A stretch of DNA of 24,000 bases from Defluviitaleaceae bacterium (GCA_009779915.1 WRBA01000001.1:42212-66211), one strand, 5' to 3'. Positions 15,842 to 22,380 are shown, numbered from the stretch's first letter. Made by a program: numbers and translations. The notes: generated by a model from the sequence alone, not told the origin.

Positions 15842-17131
15842 ATGAATATAAGAGATAGTGTATATCTTGTATCGATGGTTTTCCAGACAGTGCTTGTTTA
15901 TAAGTTTATCAATGTATTTTTGGGCAGCGCAATAAAAGGCGGAGTTATAAAATATTCTCTATACATAGGCTATTATTTGGTAATATCTTATATTTATCTT
16001 TTTGTCAGAGTGCATATTGCTATTATCTCAACTAATCTAATTGTACTTATAGCCTTAACCTTAAATCATGAAGGGACAGTAAAAAAGAAGGCTTTGTCTG
16101 TAGTTTATATTTATGTGGCGTCTATTTTATCGGAGGCGATAACTGTCTCATCTCTTCGTATGCTTAACATAGTGAGGGAGCCATTTCCTTTTACGGATAG
16201 TGAATTTATTGCAAGTAGGATTACATCATTGATAATATTATATCCTTTCGTATTACTCTACTCAAGCCTCAGCCTTTCAAAAAATAAGGAGGAAGTACCT
16301 TCGATATTCTGGTTTGTGGCAATTTTTGTCCCTTTGACAACATTGATTCCTTCTTTTCTCATCCTTTTTATCCCTCAAACTAATGATTTTGTTATGCTTT
16401 TAACTGTGGTCATGGTACTTTTTTTAAATATTCTGATCTTTTATTTCTATGGGGAGGTCATAAAACTTTATCAAAGTAAAATGGAAAAAGAAATTTATCA
16501 GCTGCAGCTTAAAGCATATAGTAATCAATTTAATCTTTTGGAAAATCAAACAAATAATATGAAAGCTTTTAAACATGATATAATTAACCATATAAGCGCG
16601 TTGAGAATTTTTATTGAAAATGATGAGACTGCAAGTGCCGCAGCATATTTGGAAGGCATGTATCAAACAATCTTAAACAAGGAAGAATATGTTAAAACAA
16701 ATAATACAGCAATAAGCAGTATTTTAAATTATAAAATTGGAGAAGCGTATAAATTTAATATAGATGTAAAGCGTGATATTAATATACCGGATGCTCTCGA
16801 TGTTTCCGCCGTTGATTTAACAGCGATTATCGGCAATTTATTTGATAATGCCATTGAAGCTCTTAAACAAATTGAAAATGATAGAGAAATAAAATTTTCA
16901 TTAACGTATGAAAATGGCTTATTACACATGATTATAGAGAATAAGTTTTTAGGCAGTATATTATTTAACGGGGATAGAATTTTAACTAATAAACATGATA
17001 AAAATGAACATGGGATAGGTTTATTAAGTATTAGAAATTCGCTTAAAAGATACGACGGAATTATGGATATTTCAACTGAGTCAAATAAATTTCGAGTGGC
17101 TATTATGCTTTATAACAAAAAACTACTCTAA
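15842..17131 (+). CDS. agrC: AgrC-like (HPK10-type) membrane sensor histidine kinase
   Basis: About 6 N-terminal TM helices. H-box FKHDIINHISAL. N-box IIGNLFDNAIEA. G-box HGIGLLSIRNSLKRYDG. Lies immediately downstream of the LytTR regulator. The symbol is assigned from context and is agrC-like only. Confidence 0.85.
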   Translation: MNIRDSVYLVSMVFQTVLVYKFINVFLGSAIKGGVIKYSLYIGYYLVISYIYLFVRVHIAIISTNLIVLIALTLNHEGTVKKKALSVVYIYVASILSEAITVSSLRMLNIVREPFPFTDSEFIASRITSLIILYPFVLLYSSLSLSKNKEEVPSIFWFVAIFVPLTTLIPSFLILFIPQTNDFVMLLTVVMVLFLNILIFYFYGEVIKLYQSKMEKEIYQLQLKAYSNQFNLLENQTNNMKAFKHDIINHISALRIFIENDETASAAAYLEGMYQTILNKEEYVKTNNTAISSILNYKIGEAYKFNIDVKRDINIPDALDVSAVDLTAIIGNLFDNAIEALKQIENDREIKFSLTYENGLLHMIIENKFLGSILFNGDRILTNKHDKNEHGIGLLSIRNSLKRYDGIMDISTESNKFRVAIMLYNKKLL

Positions 17132-17188
17132 TCTCCAAATATAGCTTAAATTCGCACTTGATGCAAACTTAAATTATATCTTAGCGCG

Positions 17189-17336
17189 AAAACACAGCAT
17201 TTGTCGTCATTAGAGTTGTAGCAAAACAATCTCCCATATCGTCATTGCGATGAGCAAAAATCTAATTTCACTACAGCCTTAATGACGAATGACGACCAAA
17301 TTGCTGTTTTGTTACTGTTTTGAGGTTGTTTTGCTA
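17189..17336. repeat. Nested/interleaved inverted and direct repeats between agrC-like and agrD
   Basis: Outer inverted repeat: AAAACACAGCATTTGTCGTCATT (17189-17211) vs AATGACGACCAAATTGCTGTTTT (17288-17310). Inner: TCGTCATT (17239-17246) vs AATGACGA (17281-17288). Direct repeat: TCGTCATT...AGCAAAA.ATCT at 17203 and 17239. A third pair, TAGCAAAACAA (17219-17229) vs TTGTTTTGCTA (17326-17336), interleaves with the outer pair. Confidence 0.6.
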
Positions 17337-17348
17337 TAATACTGCAAA

Positions 17349-17379
17349 TTATGACATCAGTATATACAGGTTTTGACAT
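17349..17379 (+). promoter_or_regulatory. Candidate LytTR (AgrA-like) binding boxes overlapping a -35 element upstream of agrD
   Basis: TTATGACAT (17349-17357) and TTTTGACAT (17371-17379) are 8/9 identical 9-mers separated by 13 nt. This is the direct-repeat geometry known for AgrA sites. The second box contains TTGACA. No good -10 lies at 17 nt; an extended -10, TGCTATAAT, sits further upstream at 17332-17340. Confidence 0.3.
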
Positions 17380-17473
17380 TTTATGCCCTTTTTTAAATGA
17401 TATGTGATAAGCTACCCTTACATAAATAACTTGATATTATTTTATTTTGTTTTTGTATAAGGGGGGATATGAG

Positions 17474-17617
17474 ATGGATAAGCTATATTTGAAATTTGGA
17501 AGTATGGTTGCAAGTTTGGCACTTGTTTTTTCTTTTGTAGGCGCAAATGCAGCCTGTTTTGGGGCATTACATCAGCCGGAACTGCCTGAAAACGTCAAAA
17601 AGCTAAGAAGGTTCTAA
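17474..17617 (+). CDS. agrD: AgrD-type cyclic autoinducing-peptide precursor (47 aa), not in the supplied ORF track
   Basis: Hand translation: MDKLYLKFGSMVASLALVFSFVGANAACFGALHQPELPENVKKLRRF. GGGGGG Shine-Dalgarno 7 nt upstream. Stop TAA 17615-17617 lies 4 nt before the agrB ATG. Hydrophobic N-leader, Cys28 plus 4 residues (CFGAL), then a Pro/Glu-rich tail like S. aureus AgrD (C-x4 followed by DEVEVPKEL...). Confidence 0.8.
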   Translation: MDKLYLKFGSMVASLALVFSFVGANAACFGALHQPELPENVKKLRRF

Positions 17618-17621
17618 TTAA

Positions 17622-18230
17622 ATGCATACAAAAGATAACAGCACAGATAAATTTTTCTATAAGTATTTCTATGCACTTTACAAAAGAGGCGTAATAAGCC
17701 GGGATAATGTTGAAGTATGTGCATTTGGCTTTCAAAGGTTTTTAATATTTTTGCTAAATATTTCGACATACATAATAATAGGCTTGGTATTTAATATGCT
17801 ACTTGAAAGCATAATATTTATCTTGGCTTATTCGCCGGTAAGGATTTTTGCCGGAGGGTATCACGCAAAGTCTCCAGTCGTGTGTTACCTTCTGGGCATT
17901 CCTCTTTTCCTTAGTGTGCTTTTATTGCAACATATTGCTTTTGAATACAGTTTATTTTTCATTGCCGCAGGTATAATAGCAGCTATTGCTATTGCCCGTA
18001 TCGCTCCAATTGAAAGCCCTAATAAACCACTTGAAGATATAGAGGTTAGGGTGTACGGTAAAATTACCAAACTACTTTTGCGTATAGAGCTTGTGCTTGC
18101 ATTGGTTTTGTATTTGGCGGGGTTTGTTTCGGCAGCACTGGCGATTATGGTGCCTATGATTATCCTTTGCGGCGTATTGGTAGTTGGTAGGGCAAACAAT
18201 GAGAAAGAGAAAACACGAACTGCCATATAA
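17622..18230 (+). CDS. agrB: AgrB-family membrane peptidase (AgrD processing and cyclisation)
   Basis: 202 aa polytopic membrane protein. The motif RIFAGGYHAKSPVVC has His and Cys 7 residues apart, as for the catalytic H77/C84 of S. aureus AgrB. Confidence 0.9.
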   Translation: MHTKDNSTDKFFYKYFYALYKRGVISRDNVEVCAFGFQRFLIFLLNISTYIIIGLVFNMLLESIIFILAYSPVRIFAGGYHAKSPVVCYLLGIPLFLSVLLLQHIAFEYSLFFIAAGIIAAIAIARIAPIESPNKPLEDIEVRVYGKITKLLLRIELVLALVLYLAGFVSAALAIMVPMIILCGVLVVGRANNEKEKTRTAI

Positions 18231-18281
18231 CAAAAAAGCAACTATATAGATTTTAGATTTTAGATTTAATCCTTTTGAGTG

Positions 18282-18316
18282 AAATCTCCCCGCAGCTCTC
18301 TGCTGCGGGGAGATTT
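18282..18316. terminator. Strong rho-independent terminator after agrB
   Basis: Perfect 15-bp stem AAATCTCCCCGCAGC / GCTGCGGGGAGATTT, 5-nt loop, followed by TATT. Confidence 0.85.
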
Positions 18317-18320
18317 TATT

Positions 18321-18385
18321 AAGAACCTGTGGTCAATAATGGTGTGTTCGTACTTACCGCCTTAGCTTATTGACAACAGGTTCTT
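18321..18385 (-). terminator. Long hairpin overlapping the stop codon of the 139-aa GNAT gene
   Basis: AAGAACCTGTGGTCAATAA (18321-18339) pairs with TTATTGACAACAGGTTCTT (18367-18385): 19 bp with 1 mismatch and a 27-nt loop. Confidence 0.45.
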
Positions 18386-18803
18386 AAAGCTTCTTCCCTA
18401 AAAACATCTCCAAAGGCTGCTCGTAAGGGGGAATGTCCATGACGATAGATCCCATATCCTTATATCCCAGCTTACGATAAAAATGTTGAGCATTTTCATC
18501 AACTTGCGTAGAGGTCATAATCATTTTATGCCCTAATTGACTCATTTCATCTTCCCAATAAGACATAGCCTTAGAGCCAAAACCCATTTTGCGGTAAGGC
18601 TCATCGATATAAATCAATGTAAGGAAAGGGATAAAGTCAAAAATAAGGTTAAAGCGCATAAGACCGATAGGCTTATCCTTATATCGCAATATATAACACC
18701 TTTTATCTTTGATTTTTCCCTCAAATTCATATTCAGGCATAGGATTCCCATAATACAGTACATACGTCTTATCTTCTATTGTTGCATAAGTGATTGTGAA
18801 CAT
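18384..18803 (-). CDS. GNAT family N-acetyltransferase (139 aa)
   Basis: YRKMGFGSKAMSYWEDEMSQLGHKMIMTSTQVDENAQHFYRKLGYKDMG matches GNAT motifs A and B. Confidence 0.85.
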   Translation of the reverse strand: MFTITYATIEDKTYVLYYGNPMPEYEFEGKIKDKRCYILRYKDKPIGLMRFNLIFDFIPFLTLIYIDEPYRKMGFGSKAMSYWEDEMSQLGHKMIMTSTQVDENAQHFYRKLGYKDMGSIVMDIPPYEQPLEMFLGKKL

Positions 18804-18809
18804 ATTTTA

Positions 18810-19928
18810 TCATTTAACCTCTATAAGCTCATAATTTTTAGTCCCTATACCCAATTTCTCCGAATGATTAACGCAGTCTATCCAGCTGGTTTCAGGGTGG
18901 ATTATATCAAAGTGATCATCGTGTTTATGGTCACAGGAGGCAACTTCCTCCAGTAGTGAGCCGGGCATAACGGGCATTTTATTACACATATCGGCACATG
19001 CCATATCAAGTGCCACAGGGTCGAAAGAGGCAAACATACCAACATTTGGGATAATAGCCATATCATTTTCCGAGCGGCAGTCACAATTTGGGGAAATATC
19101 CATTGCTAAGCTAATATGGAAATGAGGTCTGCCTTCAAGTACGGCAAGAGTATACTCGGCAATTTTTTTGTTTAGCACAGAGTTAGATTCGTCCCATTTA
19201 GTGCGGATGGCATCTTTTGGACACATGGCAAGACACCTGCCGCAGCCTACGCAACTTGATTCATCGATAGCAGCCTTGCCTGCCGTAATCTTAATGGCGT
19301 CAAAAGCGCAAATGCCAAGACATATATTGCAGCCCACACATTTAGCCGTATCCACATAAGGTTTGCCCGCATTATGCATTTCCATTTTACCGGCACGTGA
19401 GCCGCAGCCCATACCTATATTTTTCAAAGCACCCCCAAAGCCCGTGGCTTCATGGCCTTTAAAGTGATTTAAAGAGATAAAAACATCCGCATCCATAACA
19501 GCGCGACCTATTTTAGCATCCTTAATAAATTCGCCACCTTTTACAGGGATTAAAATTTCATCACTGCCTTTAAGCCCATCCCCAATTATAATCTGACAGC
19601 CTGTGGAGAAGGGAGAAAAACCGTTTTCATAAGCGGCGTCCATATGTTCCAGGGCATCTTTTCGCCGTCCTACATATAAAGTTGAGCAGTCGGTTAAAAA
19701 TGGCTTGCCCCCTTGTTTTTTAACCTGATCAGCTACTACTTTTGCAAAGTTTGGGCGTAGGAACGCTAAATTTCCCGGCTCACCAAAGTGGAGTTTTATT
19801 GCCGTATATTTTCCCTCCAAATCAATGGTACTAAAGCCTGCCTCATTCATAAGCCGCGCAAGTTTTTGCAAGAGATTATCTCCCGGTTTTGCTCTCATAG
19901 ATGTGTAATAAACTTTGGCTTTTTTCAT
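18810..19928 (-). CDS. DUF362-domain protein with two 4Fe-4S ferredoxin-type clusters (372 aa)
   Basis: N-terminal KVYYTSMRAKPGDNLLQKL...IKLHFGEPGN...FLTDC is DUF362-like. Two CxxCxxCxxxCP motifs (CVGCNICLGIC, CVGCGRCLAMCP). ATG 19928 lies 8 nt after GGAGGA. The ORF-track extension to 19991 overlaps the MFS gene. Confidence 0.85.
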   Translation of the reverse strand: MKKAKVYYTSMRAKPGDNLLQKLARLMNEAGFSTIDLEGKYTAIKLHFGEPGNLAFLRPNFAKVVADQVKKQGGKPFLTDCSTLYVGRRKDALEHMDAAYENGFSPFSTGCQIIIGDGLKGSDEILIPVKGGEFIKDAKIGRAVMDADVFISLNHFKGHEATGFGGALKNIGMGCGSRAGKMEMHNAGKPYVDTAKCVGCNICLGICAFDAIKITAGKAAIDESSCVGCGRCLAMCPKDAIRTKWDESNSVLNKKIAEYTLAVLEGRPHFHISLAMDISPNCDCRSENDMAIIPNVGMFASFDPVALDMACADMCNKMPVMPGSLLEEVASCDHKHDDHFDIIHPETSWIDCVNHSEKLGIGTKNYELIEVK

Positions 19929-19929
19929 T

Positions 19930-21144
19930 TTAATCGTCCTCCTCAATTTGAAGTGCTTTACTCCGTTTATAATAAATTGACGCGAATACACAAGCGCAGA
20001 TAAAAGCTAAAAGCCCGAATATAAATGGGTAAACCGGCATTACATCATATAAAAAACCGGCTAAAAACGCGCCTATTATCCCTCCTAAAGACCTCATGGA
20101 CTCAGAAAAACCCATAATTAAATTGCTGTTTTTCCCGGCGGCGACTTTTGCCACCATATTTTGTATAAGGGGCATACTCATGGAAGCACAGGCGAAAACA
20201 ATAATATTTGCCCCTATAAAAGGTGCCGGATAGGATAATGTAACAATGGCAATAAACATCATGACGGAGCCTGACGCAAAAATCCATATTAAGCTTTTAC
20301 GCATATCAGTGCGTCTGATTATCCAAAGAGTAATGGTTGAGTTGACTAAAAGGGTTGTGATACCCATAGCCCCTCTTATCATGCCGTTGTAGCCGGGGGA
20401 GAAATTAAACCGCTCCCTTAAGGCGTAGTTAAAGGACTGGTCGAAAGCCGTATGACCTATGGCATGAGATATTACCCCCAAAAACAAAGCCAATAGTACA
20501 AAATTCATAAAATGCCGGCTTGCCAAAAACGCCGCAAGAGGGTTAGATGCTTTTGCTACATCCTTAACCTTCGCATCTTTAATACTTACCTTTTGGTCGG
20601 ATTTGCATACAAAAAAGAAAAGAATTCCGCACACTAAAATGGTTATAACTTGTGCCACAAAAGCGGTGCCTATTGAAATTTCGCCAAAGAGCCCTCCGAT
20701 TAAAAAGCCAAAGGCTGAACATACCGACATTATCGTTGCTGATATGGTAAGGTATTGCCCTCGTTCCCTTTCGTCATCAAATGTATTGACTATGTAAGTA
20801 AGCAAGGCCAAAAAGGCGGCTGATGTAAAAACCCCTGTAAACATACGGCTTGCTATGATTTCAGTTTGATTTCTTGAACTTATAAATAAAAACTGACCGA
20901 GGGCATAACCCATGCTGCCTATAAGCATTGCAGTTTTAGAGGATATATAATCTATCATTTTACCCCAAAATGGAGACATACAAAAATTAACAATAAGCAT
21001 TGAGCCTAAAGCGACGCCAAACATATAATCCGGCAGCCCCAAATCTAAGAAAAATGCAGGGGTTACAGGGTGGGCAAAATTTGCCCCCATTACAAAAACG
21101 CCTTGTATTATAAAAAACAGTATCATTCGTTTACGACTGGTCAT
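19930..21144 (-). CDS. MFS transporter (404 aa, about 12 TM)
   Basis: Alternating hydrophobic helices and MFS-like loop motifs. AGGAGG Shine-Dalgarno 5 nt upstream. The stop lies 1 nt from the DUF362 start, and its last codons (GAG GAG GAC) form the DUF362 Shine-Dalgarno. Confidence 0.9.
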   Translation of the reverse strand: MTSRKRMILFFIIQGVFVMGANFAHPVTPAFFLDLGLPDYMFGVALGSMLIVNFCMSPFWGKMIDYISSKTAMLIGSMGYALGQFLFISSRNQTEIIASRMFTGVFTSAAFLALLTYIVNTFDDERERGQYLTISATIMSVCSAFGFLIGGLFGEISIGTAFVAQVITILVCGILFFFVCKSDQKVSIKDAKVKDVAKASNPLAAFLASRHFMNFVLLALFLGVISHAIGHTAFDQSFNYALRERFNFSPGYNGMIRGAMGITTLLVNSTITLWIIRRTDMRKSLIWIFASGSVMMFIAIVTLSYPAPFIGANIIVFACASMSMPLIQNMVAKVAAGKNSNLIMGFSESMRSLGGIIGAFLAGFLYDVMPVYPFIFGLLAFICACVFASIYYKRSKALQIEEDD

Positions 21145-21205
21145 GGGTTCCTCCTACTGCATGGCTATAAATATCAAGCCACTATATAGCGGCTTCTCTA
21201 CAAAA

Positions 21206-21243
21206 TCATAGCAAAATTTTTAGCAAGCTAAATTTTGCTATGA
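21206..21243. repeat. Perfect 14-bp-stem palindrome in the MFS upstream region
   Basis: TCATAGCAAAATTT (21206-21219) / AAATTTTGCTATGA (21230-21243) with a 10-nt loop. Bracketed by the direct repeat CCACTATATAGC at 21179-21190 and 21258-21269. Confidence 0.6.
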
Positions 21244-21262
21244 CTTTGAAGTAAATCCACTA

Positions 21263-21519
21263 TATAGCAAACGACTTTCGAAATCGTGACCCGGCGGCGC
21301 GCTATAGCAAACGACTTTCGAAATCGTGATTGGGCGGCGCGCTAAAACCTTCGGTTTTGCCCAAAAGCACCTACCCCAACTGCTTTTGGGTCGCGCTTGC
21401 CCAATCACGTTTCTCAATGTCGTTTGCTATAAAATCTTCGGTTTTACCCAAAAGCACCTACCCCAACTGCTTTTTGGACCGCGCTTGCCCAATCACGTTT
21501 CTCAATGTCGTTTGCTATA
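21263..21519. mobile_element. Outer copy of a ~126-bp MITE-like element (TA-flanked), interrupted by a second copy
   Basis: TA + TAGCAAACGAC... (21265) ...GTCGTTTGCTA (21517) + TA. Removing 21305-21431 (the inner copy plus one TA) restores ...GCGCGC-TA-AAATCTTCGG, colinear with the inner copy's ...GCGCGC-TA-AAACCTTCGG. Confidence 0.55.
21303..21431. mobile_element. Inner copy of the same MITE-like element (125 bp plus TA/TA)
   Basis: Terminal inverted repeats TAGCAAACGAC...CGTGATTGGGC (21305-) and GCCCAATCACG...GTCGTTTGCTA (-21429). Internal hairpins AAAACC-TTC-GGTTTT and CCAAAAGCA-N11-TGCTTTTGG. About 94% identical to the outer copy by hand alignment. Confidence 0.55.
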
Positions 21520-21533
21520 GTATACAACAAATA

Positions 21534-21562
21534 TTGCATAAGACCAAGATATAGAGTAAAAT
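21534..21562 (+). promoter_or_regulatory. Candidate sigma-A promoter for the nitroreductase gene
   Basis: TTGCAT (21534-21539), 17 nt spacer, TAAAAT (21557-21562), 40 nt upstream of the ATG. Confidence 0.4.
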
Positions 21563-21602
21563 AAATTTACTATGTAAGTAAAATTTTATCAAGGAGGTAT
21601 TT

Positions 21603-22370
21603 ATGATTCAAGAAGGAAGGCAATTTATGAAAAGCAATTGGCCAAGCGGGCAAATGGCTGATACAGACCAGCTTAAGGGCGTGCCAATGCCGCCATTTGA
21701 AAATGAATGGGACGAAAACGCGCTAATTGCGCTCCCTGACCCAAAAGCTGCAAATCTTAAGAAAAGGGATATAGTGCAGGTTTTAGAGGAGAGGGTAAGC
21801 CGTAGAAAATTAGGAGCAGGATCAATATCTCTCAATGATTTATCATTTCTTTTATGGGCAAGTGCAGGGATGAGGGAAATAGCTGGAGGGCGGATTTTTA
21901 GATTAGTACCATCAGCAGGCAGCCGTCACCCTTTCGAGAGCTTTTTCTACGCTGATAAGGTTGAAGGGCTTAAGCCGGGGCTTTACCGCTACATAGCTCA
22001 GAAAAATGCTGTTGTCCCGGTTTCTTTTAAAGAAGGGCTTAAGGAAGAGCTTACAAAATGTATTAAAAATCAATGGTTTGGCTGTGCTGTTGCCATTTTT
22101 TGGGTGTTTAACGCTTACAGATGTGAATGGCGCTACACTACCCACTCTCATAAGGTATCTACAATAGATGTAGGGCATATAGGGCAAAATGCCTATCTTG
22201 GGGCGGAAGCTCTTGGTATAGGCTGCTGCACCATAGGTGCTTATCTTCAAGAGATTGACGAGCTTTTAGGTGTGGATGGGGATAATGAATTTTGTGTATA
22301 TATAGGTGTTTTTGGGCCTTATGAAGGTTCCGGCGGAGCGGGACCTGGCTGGACTGCAAATAAAGCTTAG
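21603..22370 (+). CDS. SagB/ThcOx-type nitroreductase-family dehydrogenase (255 aa)
   Basis: LEERVSRRKL..., LSFLLWASAG, and the SagB-type signature RLVPSAGSRHPFESFFY. C-terminal nitroreductase fold (IDVGHIGQNAYLGAEALGIGCCTIGAY). AGGAGG Shine-Dalgarno. Confidence 0.8.
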   Translation: MIQEGRQFMKSNWPSGQMADTDQLKGVPMPPFENEWDENALIALPDPKAANLKKRDIVQVLEERVSRRKLGAGSISLNDLSFLLWASAGMREIAGGRIFRLVPSAGSRHPFESFFYADKVEGLKPGLYRYIAQKNAVVPVSFKEGLKEELTKCIKNQWFGCAVAIFWVFNAYRCEWRYTTHSHKVSTIDVGHIGQNAYLGAEALGIGCCTIGAYLQEIDELLGVDGDNEFCVYIGVFGPYEGSGGAGPGWTANKA

Positions 22371-22380
22371 TAAGTATATA

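Noticed and set aside
17469-17492. ATG at 17469 (MRWISYI*) overlapping the agrD start region
   Set aside because: It is a 7-codon out-of-frame ORF. The ATG at 17474 gives the full AgrD-like peptide and has better Shine-Dalgarno spacing.
18248-18268. Microsatellite-like (AGATTTT)x3 after agrB
   Set aside because: It has only three units in AT-rich non-coding DNA just before the terminator, with no evident function. It may be a slippage hotspot but is not noteworthy on its own.
21263-21519. Possible small CRISPR array, because of closely spaced repeats
   Set aside because: The repeats are 40-90 nt and partly inverted relative to each other. They are directly abutting or separated by near-identical rather than unique spacers. 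No cas genes are present. A nested MITE model explains the junctions.
21326-21554. Two overlapping plus-strand ORFs (64 and 74 aa) in the MFS/nitroreductase intergenic region
   Set aside because: They are composed almost entirely of the duplicated MITE-like sequence, so their internal peptide repeats mirror the DNA repeats. They lack Shine-Dalgarno sequences and are almost certainly non-coding.
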